Shown here: positions 37,336 through 45,635 of the stretch, piece after piece
Numbering within the stretch: the stretch's first letter is position 1
How the letters are laid out: each line of letters begins with the position of its first letter
Assembly (NCBI GenBank): GCA_017399165.1
Contig: JAFQEF010000079.1
Coordinates: forward strand, 14,005-78,004
DNA from: Akkermansia sp.
GTDB lineage: Bacteria; Verrucomicrobiota; Verrucomicrobiia; Verrucomicrobiales; Akkermansiaceae
Direction: 5' to 3'
DNA length: 64,000 nt
Program-made: the position numbers and the translations under genes
The notes under the pieces: model-generated
Databases searched by the model: none
Seen by the model: only the letters and a program-made list of their open reading frames with translations
Told to the model about the DNA's origin: nothing

Positions 37336-37361
37336 TACCCTTATCCACCAACAATTTCAAC

Positions 37362-37385
37362 GGCCTCGGGATTTCTCCCGAGGCC
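37362..37385. terminator. hairpin between convergent uvrD and ahpC (probable bidirectional terminator)
   Basis: GGCCTCGGGA (37362-37371) / loop tttc / TCCCGAGGCC (37376-37385). The flanking T-tracts are weak. Confidence 0.5.
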
Positions 37386-37441
37386 GCCTACTTTTCCTCT
37401 TGTCTTATGAACGATTTTCGTGCAATATGTGCGTTGCTGCT

Positions 37442-38026
37442 TTACTCTGAGAGGTAAGAAGCTACGCCCTCATGCGTGGCCTGCATGGCCTTGTCACCCT
37501 TTTGCCAGCCAAGGGGGCAAACCTCGCCGTGCTCCTCAAAGTGCTGCAAGGCATCTACAATGCGGATAGCCTCGTCTATGCTACGCCCCAGCGGCATGTC
37601 ATTTACCAGCATGTGGCGCACCACGCCCTCCTTATCAATGAGGAACAGACCGCGGTATGCTACCTTGTCGCCATCCTCTGCCAATACATCAAACTTGGCT
37701 GCAACCTCCTTGTTGATGTCTGCCACCAGCGGGTATGTTACGCCTTGGATACCGCCTTGGTTGCGCGGGGTGTTGGTCCATGCCCAGTGGCAGAACTCGC
37801 TGTCCGTGCTGCAACCAACTACGGCGGTGTTGCGTTTCTCAAACTCCGGCAGAGCATTCTGGAAACCTATGAGCTCTGTGGGGCATACGAAGGTGAAGTC
37901 CTTCGGGTAGAAGAACAGTACCACGTATTTGTTGCCCTTGTATTGCTCGAGGCTGAAGTTGCTCTCGATAATGCCATTCACCACAGCGTTTGCTGTGAAC
38001 TCCGGTGCTTTCTTTCCTACTAACAT
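37442..38026 (-). CDS. ahpC: typical 2-Cys peroxiredoxin (AhpC/TsaA)
   Basis: From ATG 38026: MLVGKKAPEF.., FFYPKDFTFVCPTE (peroxidatic Cys) and HGEVCPLGW (resolving Cys). Near-colinear with H. pylori TsaA as recalled. Confidence 0.95.
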   Translation of the reverse strand: MLVGKKAPEFTANAVVNGIIESNFSLEQYKGNKYVVLFFYPKDFTFVCPTELIGFQNALPEFEKRNTAVVGCSTDSEFCHWAWTNTPRNQGGIQGVTYPLVADINKEVAAKFDVLAEDGDKVAYRGLFLIDKEGVVRHMLVNDMPLGRSIDEAIRIVDALQHFEEHGEVCPLGWQKGDKAMQATHEGVASYLSE

Positions 38027-38127
38027 AATGGTTTGTTTTGTTTGTGTTGATTTTTCGTTTGCTGAGGTTGTGTGCCTCACTTTGCTGCGCACAAATTACC
38101 ACTTTTCTGATAGGAATGCAAGACTTT

Positions 38128-38186
38128 TCTTAGAATTTTTCTAAAAAAGTTTGCCTTTTCTAAACTAAAGGCGTTCCAGTTTAGAA
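38128..38186. promoter_or_regulatory. cluster of TTAGAA/TTCTAA half-sites in the ahpC-aroB divergent region (candidate operator)
   Basis: TTAGAA-TTT-TTCTAA lies at 38130-38144, inside a 19-mer identical to 10342-10360. A second inverted pair is TTCTAAAC (38158-38165) / 13-nt spacer / GTTTAGAA (38179-38186). Confidence 0.5.
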
Positions 38187-38281
38187 AAAAAGGGGAGGAG
38201 AAATGAAAAAGTGAGATAAAAGGGGCATTTACGACACAATAAAACCTTGCGAACGGGGGGAGAAGAAACTATAATGCATGT

Positions 38282-39400
38282 ATGCCGACAATCAACGTAT
38301 CACTAGGGGAGCGTTCATATCAGGTACACGTGGCAAACGGTGCACTTGATAGAGTGGGTTATTTGGCAGAAAAGCTCAGAATAACAGGCAAAGCAGCCGT
38401 GATAACGGACAGCAACGTAAGCCCGTTGTATGCAGAGCAAGTGGTACAAAGCTTGGCGGATGCAGAGTATGAGAGCAGCCTGCATGTTTTTGAAGCAGGC
38501 GAGCAAAGTAAAAATCTGCACACAGTAGAAGTGCTGGTGAATGAAATGGTAGCCGCCGGTCACGACCGCAGCAGCTTTGTAGTAGCCTTGGGAGGTGGCG
38601 TAGTAGGCGACATGGCCGGGTTCATCGCCTCCATCTATTACAGAGGCATTCCCTTTATACAGGTGCCCACCACAGTGATGGCGCAGGTGGACAGCTCCGT
38701 AGGTGGAAAAACAGCTGTGGATATTGAGGCAGGCAAGAATTTGATAGGAGCCTTTTACCAGCCCAAGCTGGTAGTGGCAGATCCCACCCCCCTGCTCACT
38801 TTGCCCCCGCGTGTATTAAGAGAGGGCATGGCAGAGATTGTCAAACACGCAGCCATTGCCCGGCCTCGCATGTTACAAACACTGCAACGTATTGCCGGTG
38901 AAATAGATTTAGGTTTTACGCTTACCACAATTGAGCATTTACCGGAACTAATAGCGGAGAATATTGAAATTAAAGCACGCATTGTGGAGGCAGATGAAAA
39001 AGAAACGCAAGGCGTACGGGCATTTCTGAATTTAGGCCATACGCTGGGTCATGGCATAGAAGCAAGCGTACCCTACGGCGAACTACTGCACGGAGAAGTC
39101 GTAAGTTTAGGCTTGCGTGCCGCGCTGTATTTATCTGAGCAACACGGTGGTATATCCACCCAGGAGGTGCAGGATATTTTACGCACGCTCAAAGTCTTGG
39201 AGCTACCACTGGAGCTCCCGGCAAATGTACAAATAGAAAAGGCTTTGGATAAAACGGCTACAGACAAAAAGTTCGTAAACGGAGCCATTCGTTTTGTACT
39301 GCTTAAAGCATTGGGTCAACCTTATATCAGTAAAGAGGTAACCCAACAAGAACTTCAAGCAGCCTTACAACACCTCACTACACCCACATTCTCCATTTAA
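38282..39400 (+). CDS. aroB: 3-dehydroquinate synthase
   Basis: 372 aa with ALGGGVVGDMAGFIAS, VPTTVMAQVDSSVGGKT and LNLGHTLGHGIE. Confidence 0.9.
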   Translation: MPTINVSLGERSYQVHVANGALDRVGYLAEKLRITGKAAVITDSNVSPLYAEQVVQSLADAEYESSLHVFEAGEQSKNLHTVEVLVNEMVAAGHDRSSFVVALGGGVVGDMAGFIASIYYRGIPFIQVPTTVMAQVDSSVGGKTAVDIEAGKNLIGAFYQPKLVVADPTPLLTLPPRVLREGMAEIVKHAAIARPRMLQTLQRIAGEIDLGFTLTTIEHLPELIAENIEIKARIVEADEKETQGVRAFLNLGHTLGHGIEASVPYGELLHGEVVSLGLRAALYLSEQHGGISTQEVQDILRTLKVLELPLELPANVQIEKALDKTATDKKFVNGAIRFVLLKALGQPYISKEVTQQELQAALQHLTTPTFSI

Positions 39401-39414
39401 CACCATACTCGATC

Positions 39415-40524
39415 ATGACAGACCCCCGTACTACACAACTGGCACAGGCGCTCGTGCGTCACTCCTGCCGCCTTCAACCGGGCGAGCATATCCTTTTGGA
39501 CCTCTACGATGCACCGGAAGAGGTGGGCGTGGAGCTTATACGCGCTGTGCGTGCAGCCGGAGCGATTCCGCATATTCGTGAGCACAACAGCCGCATTGTC
39601 AGAGAAATGCTTGCCGGTGCCACAGATGCCCAGTATGAATCCATTGCAGCCTCGGAGCTTGAAGAAATGAAAGCCATGGATGCCTACATTGCCATACGCG
39701 GCAGCCGCAACACCTTTGAAAACTCCGGCATGAACCCCGAGAATATGAAGCTGGCCATGAAACACATGCGCAAGGTTCACAACCAGCGTGTATGCAAAAC
39801 AAAGTGGTGTGTACTGCGTTGGCCCACCCCCTCCATGGCTCAGGGGGCCGGCATGAGCACAGAGGCTTTTGAAGACTTCTACTTCCGCTGCTGCTTGGCA
39901 GATTACGATGCCCTGCGCAAGGCCATGGATAAACTGGCAGAGCGCATGATGAAGACAGACAAGGTGCATATCATCGGCCCCGGCACAGACTTAACCTTCA
40001 GCATCAAGGACATGCCCGCCATCCCCTGCTCCGGTGAAATGAACATACCCGATGGCGAGGTATTTACCGCACCTGTACTCGACAGCGTAAACGGCACCAT
40101 ATACTACACCGCCCCCACGGTATACCAAGGCATACCTTTTGACGGCATCAAACTTACCTTTAAAGACGGCAAGATTGTTGAAGCTCACTGCAACGGCAAG
40201 GATGAAGAGCTCAACAAGATACTTGACTCCGATGCCGGAGCTCGATTCATCGGTGAGTTTGCACTGGGTGTCAACCCCTACATTCTCAAGCCCATGTATG
40301 ATATCCTCTTCGACGAGAAGATTGCAGGTTCCTTCCACTTTACCCCCGGCCAGGCATACGAGAACTGCGACAACACCAACCGCTCGCAAGTACACTGGGA
40401 TATGGTATGCATTCAGCGCGAGGAATACGGTGGCGGCGAGATCTGGTTCGACGATGAGCTGATTCGCAAAAACGGCATCTTTACAGACCCCGAACTGGCT
40501 ATTCTTAACCCCGCAACAGAGTAA
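39415..40524 (+). CDS. M29-family aminopeptidase (AmpS/PepS/aminopeptidase T-like), copy 1
   Basis: 369 aa with NIPDGEVFTAP, EFALGVNP and FDEKIAGSFHFTPG, typical of peptidase M29. Confidence 0.75.
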   Translation: MTDPRTTQLAQALVRHSCRLQPGEHILLDLYDAPEEVGVELIRAVRAAGAIPHIREHNSRIVREMLAGATDAQYESIAASELEEMKAMDAYIAIRGSRNTFENSGMNPENMKLAMKHMRKVHNQRVCKTKWCVLRWPTPSMAQGAGMSTEAFEDFYFRCCLADYDALRKAMDKLAERMMKTDKVHIIGPGTDLTFSIKDMPAIPCSGEMNIPDGEVFTAPVLDSVNGTIYYTAPTVYQGIPFDGIKLTFKDGKIVEAHCNGKDEELNKILDSDAGARFIGEFALGVNPYILKPMYDILFDEKIAGSFHFTPGQAYENCDNTNRSQVHWDMVCIQREEYGGGEIWFDDELIRKNGIFTDPELAILNPATE

Positions 40525-40530
40525 AGCAAC

Positions 40531-41640
40531 ATGAAAGACCCTCGTTACCAACAACTGGCTCACCAAGTAGTCAACTATGCCGTGCGCGTGCAACCCGGGG
40601 AGCATGTCAACCTGCGCATGCAAGACATACCGGATGCCATGGTTGTGGAGCTTATTCGCGCCGTGCGGGCAGCAGGTGGCTACCCCCATTTGGATTTATC
40701 ACACGCCGTATTAACTAAAGAGTTACAAATGGGTGCCACGCCCGAGCAGTTTGAAATGGATGGTTCTTACCGCCTGCGCCGTGCTGAGGATATGCAGGTA
40801 CACATCTGCTTTTATGCAGATTACAACAGCTTTGAATCTGCCGAGGTACCCTCAGAGAAAATGGGACTGGTCAGCAAATATTTCAAACCGGCCAGCGATG
40901 TGATTTGCAACAAGCGCAAATGGACCATTTTGGCATGGCCCACCCCCTCTATGGCACAAGCAGCCGGCATGAATACGGAGGAGTTTGAGAACTTCTACTT
41001 CCGTTGCTGTTTGGCAGATTACGCCAAACTTAAGGAGGGCATGCTCATGCTCAAAGCCATGATGGAAAGCACGGATGAAGTGCGCATTGTGGGCCCCGGC
41101 ACAGACCTCACCTTCAGCATCAAAGGTATACCCGCCATTGTATGCGCAGGTGATTGTAACATACCTGATGGCGAGGTTTACACCGCCCCGATAAAAAACA
41201 GCATAAACGGTACTTTAGCCTACAATGCCCCCACCATTTACCATGGTGTACCCTTTGACGGTGTCAAATTCCGCTTTGAAAACGGTAAGATTGTGGAGGC
41301 TCACTGCAACGGCAATGAGGATGCCCTCAACAAGATACTGGATACGGACGAGGGCGCACGCTTCATCGGCGAGTTTGCATTGGGTGTCAACCCCTATGTT
41401 CTCAACCCCATGAGAGATATTCTCTTTGATGAAAAAATTGCCGGTTCTTTCCACATGACCCCCGGACAATGCTACGAGGAGGCACCCAACGGCAACAGCT
41501 CCGCTATTCACTGGGATTTAGTATGCATACAACGCGCAGAATACGGTGGTGGTGAGATTTACTTTGACGGTAAGTTGATTCGCAAGGACGGTATCTTTAC
41601 AGCCCCCGAGCTTGCCGTGCTTAATCCCGTCTACAAATAA
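40531..41640 (+). CDS. M29-family aminopeptidase, copy 2 (tandem paralog)
   Basis: 369 aa and colinear with copy 1. Shares the same motifs (NIPDGEVYTAP, EFALGVNP, FDEKIAGSFHMTPG). Confidence 0.75.
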   Translation: MKDPRYQQLAHQVVNYAVRVQPGEHVNLRMQDIPDAMVVELIRAVRAAGGYPHLDLSHAVLTKELQMGATPEQFEMDGSYRLRRAEDMQVHICFYADYNSFESAEVPSEKMGLVSKYFKPASDVICNKRKWTILAWPTPSMAQAAGMNTEEFENFYFRCCLADYAKLKEGMLMLKAMMESTDEVRIVGPGTDLTFSIKGIPAIVCAGDCNIPDGEVYTAPIKNSINGTLAYNAPTIYHGVPFDGVKFRFENGKIVEAHCNGNEDALNKILDTDEGARFIGEFALGVNPYVLNPMRDILFDEKIAGSFHMTPGQCYEEAPNGNSSAIHWDLVCIQRAEYGGGEIYFDGKLIRKDGIFTAPELAVLNPVYK

Positions 41641-41646
41641 ACAGAC

Positions 41647-42504
41647 ATGAAGAAGCCAGACCTCATACACCGAATAGGCGCTCACTTGCGTAGACATTTG
41701 CGCTTCTATGTATCTGCAACAGCGGCCATATGTTTAGCTTACTGTTGCGTTACGAAATTCGGCGCATGGGGGGCTTCTTCCGTAACTAAAGAAAATGTTA
41801 CCATTACAGCCCCGGCTCTTGATGAGATGGGGCCTCTGAAAATTGCCTTCTTTTCAGATATTCACAACAACAAACATATTTTCACCAAAGTGATTGATGT
41901 TCTGAAAGAAGAAAAGCCCGATATCATCATTTTCGGTGGAGATTTAGTCTACGCACCGGAACGTTTTACGAGAACCAAATGGGCAGTGGACGGCTTCCGA
42001 GAAATCTGCAACATTGCCCCCACCTACGCTATACTCGGTAATCACGACTACGAAAAACAAGAACAGGTGGAGCGAGTTTTCCAATCTGCGGGGGTGAAAT
42101 TACTGCGCAATGAAGCTGTCGATTGGACGACTCCGGTCGGCAAAGAGATTCGGATTGTCGGATTAGGCGACCATAATGAGGGCGATGAAGAGCCTGCAAA
42201 ATGCATGGCTGCTAAGGGAGAAGAAGATAAACCCGTACTATTGCTTGCACACGACCCCGAAAGCCGTAATAATTTGGGAGACTACGAGTGGGACCTTATG
42301 CTTGCCGGGCACACTCACGGCGGGCAGCTGGGCATACCGTTTACCGATAAATACATCAGTTTTCGCTCTGAGATGCCCGCAGGATTATTTGATTACGAAA
42401 ACGGACGCAAAATATATGTAACAAGGGGAACCGGAGCCATACTCGATATGCGGTTCTTCTGCAAGCCCGAGGTTTCCATCCTCACCATCGGAAGCTCACA
42501 CTAA
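41647..42504 (+). CDS. membrane-anchored metallophosphoesterase (calcineurin-like)
   Basis: N-terminal TM segment, then FFSDIHN, GGDLVY, GNHDY and AGHTHGGQ motifs. Confidence 0.8.
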   Translation: MKKPDLIHRIGAHLRRHLRFYVSATAAICLAYCCVTKFGAWGASSVTKENVTITAPALDEMGPLKIAFFSDIHNNKHIFTKVIDVLKEEKPDIIIFGGDLVYAPERFTRTKWAVDGFREICNIAPTYAILGNHDYEKQEQVERVFQSAGVKLLRNEAVDWTTPVGKEIRIVGLGDHNEGDEEPAKCMAAKGEEDKPVLLLAHDPESRNNLGDYEWDLMLAGHTHGGQLGIPFTDKYISFRSEMPAGLFDYENGRKIYVTRGTGAILDMRFFCKPEVSILTIGSSH

Positions 42505-42866
42505 AGCTGCGCATTTTGTTGAGGCTCTTTTTCCTGAGTCTTCTTCTCCTCCAAGGCCGGGTCCGTTGCCATTTTTTCAATATCGGCGTTGATGACATCC
42601 CATGCCCAAAAACCGAAGTATATCACCACGGCATATCCAATCCAATTCACTAAACGGTTCAAAAACCGTTCATTGAGAATCAAGGAGAGCAAAAATACGC
42701 CACCGGCAGCCAATGCGGCAAAACCACCCCACATGATGGCGCCTTTTATATTCTTGTCTTCATATAAAATGCAGACAACCACGGGAAAAGCCCCCATCAT
42801 TAAGGTGGCCCCCACACAGTCCCACCTACTGAATGTATTATGCTCTTCTACCGTTTTGTCTGCCAT
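42501..42866 (-). CDS. small integral membrane protein, hypothetical
   Basis: 121 aa with three hydrophobic segments and no recognisable motif. Confidence 0.5.
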   Translation of the reverse strand: MADKTVEEHNTFSRWDCVGATLMMGAFPVVVCILYEDKNIKGAIMWGGFAALAAGGVFLLSLILNERFLNRLVNWIGYAVVIYFGFWAWDVINADIEKMATDPALEEKKTQEKEPQQNAQL

Positions 42867-42948
42867 ATCTGCGGGTGATTATAAAGTAGAACTCAAAAAA
42901 ATGCAATAAAATTAACATCAAAATGACGTATGAATATAGCTTTGCCAC

Positions 42949-42977
42949 TTGACGGGAGGCGGCGTCTCTGCTAGGAT
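42949..42977 (+). promoter_or_regulatory. sigma70-like promoter candidate only 8 nt from the ATG (near-leaderless)
   Basis: TTGACG (42949-42954), 17-nt spacer, TAGGAT (42972-42977). The ATG is at 42986. Confidence 0.3.
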
Positions 42978-42985
42978 AGCAGACC

Positions 42986-44017
42986 ATGAAACGCCTCCTT
43001 GCCACATTGATTCTGCTGCTCACCGGCACACTGGTACTGTGTCAATGTAGTCGGGAAGAGGAGCATAGCACCGTTATACGCATTGGATGCTTCCCTAATG
43101 TGACGCATGTTCAAGGGCTTGTAGCACGCAACATGTGGCGCCACAAAACATTCAACGATAAAGGCTGGTTTGAAAATGAGATACCGGGCTATACGGAGGA
43201 GTGGTATACATTTAACGCAGGCCCCACCGCCATGGAGGCATTGTTCGGCAAAACGGTAGATGTCACCTATGTAGGGCCCAGCCCTGCACTGAATGCCTAC
43301 GCCGTTTCCTCCGGCAGAGAGGTACGTTTGCTGGCCGGAGCCGTCAACGGTGGCGCGGCCCTGCTTGTGGCAAAGGGGCTCAACATCAATAGCCCGGCAG
43401 ATTTTAAAGGGCGCAGCATAGCTACTCCTCAACTGGGTAACACGCAGGATGTATCCTGCCGTGCCTGGCTCATACGCCATGGATTAAGCTGCCCCTTGGA
43501 GGGTGGCGGTGATTGCCGCGTTGCCCCCACGCCCAATGCCATGCAGTTGCAACTCATGGCTCAAGGGGACATAGACGCCTGCTGGACCGTTGAACCTTGG
43601 GTAACGAGACTTAAAGATAAAGCAGGCGCAAACATTCTGGTTGAAGAACCTAATGTTGTTACCACCGTGCTGGCATCTCGCGTGGGGTGGCTCAAGCACC
43701 ACCCGCAAACGGCTAATCAATTAATTGCAGCACATAAAAAATTGACACAATGGATTTACGAGCACCCGCAAGAGGCTCAAAAACATGTGGCAGACGAAAT
43801 GATGCACCTGACTCAATCCGATGAAAACGAAAGAGCGGAGTTTGAAAAACTTATCAAAAGTGCTTGGAACCGCATGACTTTAACTGACACTGTAGATGTA
43901 GCCGGGCTGGAACAATTTGTAAAGGACGGCCAGAGTACCGGGCTGCTGGACCATGTTCCGCCCGTACAAGGCATGCTGTATACCCCTGCCCCCCAACCCT
44001 CAACCGCAGCTCATTGA
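42986..44017 (+). CDS. ABC transporter substrate-binding lipoprotein, NMT1/SsuA/TauA-like (NitT/TauT family)
   Basis: Signal/lipobox (LLLTGTLVLCQC) and a periplasmic-binding-protein pattern typical of nitrate/sulfonate/taurine-type SBPs. Coupled to the ATPase and permease that follow. Confidence 0.65.
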   Translation: MKRLLATLILLLTGTLVLCQCSREEEHSTVIRIGCFPNVTHVQGLVARNMWRHKTFNDKGWFENEIPGYTEEWYTFNAGPTAMEALFGKTVDVTYVGPSPALNAYAVSSGREVRLLAGAVNGGAALLVAKGLNINSPADFKGRSIATPQLGNTQDVSCRAWLIRHGLSCPLEGGGDCRVAPTPNAMQLQLMAQGDIDACWTVEPWVTRLKDKAGANILVEEPNVVTTVLASRVGWLKHHPQTANQLIAAHKKLTQWIYEHPQEAQKHVADEMMHLTQSDENERAEFEKLIKSAWNRMTLTDTVDVAGLEQFVKDGQSTGLLDHVPPVQGMLYTPAPQPSTAAH

Positions 44018-44829
44018 ACATGAGAGAAAAGACCCACCAAGAGATACAGGAGTTTCCCACCGCAAAACTGAGTGTGGAACACGTATACAAAACCTTCAAG
44101 ACCAAGAGCCGTGTCGTACAGGCTCTTGAGGATGCATCCCTTACCATCAACGAGGGCGAGTTTGTATGCTTTGTAGGCCCCAGCGGTTGTGGTAAATCTA
44201 CCTTGCTCAATATCATAGCAGGGTTGGAAAAGCCGGACCAAGGCAACGCCCTGATAGACGGCGACCCCATTACAGGCCCGGGGAGAGACCGCATGATGAT
44301 GTTTCAGGAGCACGCGCTGTTCCCATGGTTAGATGTAATAGGCAACGTGATGTTCGGGCTGAAACAAAAGCCCAACCTCAACAACAAAGAGCGTTTAGAG
44401 GTTGCTAAATACTACCTGTATTTGGTCAAGATGGACAAATTTGCACACTCCAACATCCACGAGCTTTCCGGTGGCATGCGTCAGCGCGTGGCGCTGGCCC
44501 GCTCTCTTGCACCGAATCCTAAAATCTTGTTGATGGATGAGCCTTTCTCTGCCTTGGATGCCATGACCCGCGAGCAGCTCTACGGTGATATTCAGGATAT
44601 TTGGGCAAAACGTAAAAAGACCATTGTATTCGTTACACACAATGTGAGAGAGGCCGTTTGCTTGGGGGATCGTGTCATTCTCTTCTCCCCGCACCCCGGC
44701 CGGGTACGCAGGGAATTCAAAGTCAATTTGCCACGCCCCCGCAACATCAATAGCCATGACTTGGCAGATATTGCCCGTGAAATTACGGCAGAACTCAAAG
44801 GGTATCAAAATGCAGCAGAATCAGATTAA
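44014..44829 (+). CDS. ABC transporter ATP-binding protein (NitT/TauT family)
   Basis: GPSGCGKST (Walker A), LSGGMRQRV (signature) and LLMDEPFSALD (Walker B). Start is either TTG 44014 or ATG 44020. Confidence 0.9.
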   Translation: MNMREKTHQEIQEFPTAKLSVEHVYKTFKTKSRVVQALEDASLTINEGEFVCFVGPSGCGKSTLLNIIAGLEKPDQGNALIDGDPITGPGRDRMMMFQEHALFPWLDVIGNVMFGLKQKPNLNNKERLEVAKYYLYLVKMDKFAHSNIHELSGGMRQRVALARSLAPNPKILLMDEPFSALDAMTREQLYGDIQDIWAKRKKTIVFVTHNVREAVCLGDRVILFSPHPGRVRREFKVNLPRPRNINSHDLADIAREITAELKGYQNAAESD

Positions 44830-44832
44830 ACC

Positions 44833-45630
44833 ATGAAACGCGTTCTTACAACCTTCCTTTTCTTTGTGCTGCTCATTCTTTTGTGGGCAGCTCTCACCGG
44901 GGACTTGCAATGGCTGGGTATAGGCCCCGAAGAGCCGGTGTGGAATCCCTATGTGTTGCCGCCTCCCGGTGTAGTGGGGCATTATCTGTGGGATAATATC
45001 ATCAATTTCAAGATACTCAACGCCATGGGCGTAACGCTGCAACGTCTGCTTATCGGCTACGCCATAGGTTTAGTGTTGGGTGTACCGTTGGGCATGCTCT
45101 CCGCACGCTTCCGCAGTGTGAGCGATACATTAGGCATGTTGGCACTGGGGTTGCAGGCGCTCCCGAGTGTATGTTGGGTACCGTTGGCTTGTATATGGTT
45201 CGGGCAGTCGGAGGCAGCGTTGTTGTTTGTTGTCATCATGGGCACGTTGTGGAGCGTGCTGCTCTCCACCCAAAACGGCATGAAAAACGTACCGCCCATC
45301 TATGCCCGCGCAGCACGCACCATGGGGTCAAGCCCCTTGCATACGCTTATTTTCGTAACGCTTCCGGCATCCGCCCCCTTTGTGGTAAGCGGCATGAAGC
45401 AGGGATGGGCATTTGCCTGGCGCTCGCTGATGGCAGCAGAAATTTACGTATCCGTAGTCGGCGGGTTCGGCATCGGGCAATACCTGCACTTCGGGCGTGA
45501 GCTGCAACGCATGTACCAGGTGATTGGTATCATGTTTATTATCATCTTAGTGGGGTTATTGGCAGATAAACTGCTGTTCTCTCCCGTAGAATCCTGGTTA
45601 CACCGTCGCTGGGGCACAGATAAAGAGTAA
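44833..45630 (+). CDS. ABC transporter permease (NitT/TauT family)
   Basis: 265 aa with about six TM segments and an EAA-like loop (ARTMGSSPLHTLIFVTLP). Confidence 0.85.
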   Translation: MKRVLTTFLFFVLLILLWAALTGDLQWLGIGPEEPVWNPYVLPPPGVVGHYLWDNIINFKILNAMGVTLQRLLIGYAIGLVLGVPLGMLSARFRSVSDTLGMLALGLQALPSVCWVPLACIWFGQSEAALLFVVIMGTLWSVLLSTQNGMKNVPPIYARAARTMGSSPLHTLIFVTLPASAPFVVSGMKQGWAFAWRSLMAAEIYVSVVGGFGIGQYLHFGRELQRMYQVIGIMFIIILVGLLADKLLFSPVESWLHRRWGTDKE

Positions 45631-45635
45631 AAGCC

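Noticed and set aside
37341-37349. DnaA-box-like TTATCCACC
   Set aside because: It is a single near-consensus 9-mer in a convergent-gene spacer. There is no cluster, no AT-rich unwinding element and no dnaA/dnaN context.
42867-42985. TPP riboswitch upstream of the NMT1/ThiY-like ABC transporter
   Set aside because: There is no CUGAGA / ACCUGAUCUGGAUAAUGCCAGCG-type conserved core. The region is AT-rich with a simple promoter-like element only.
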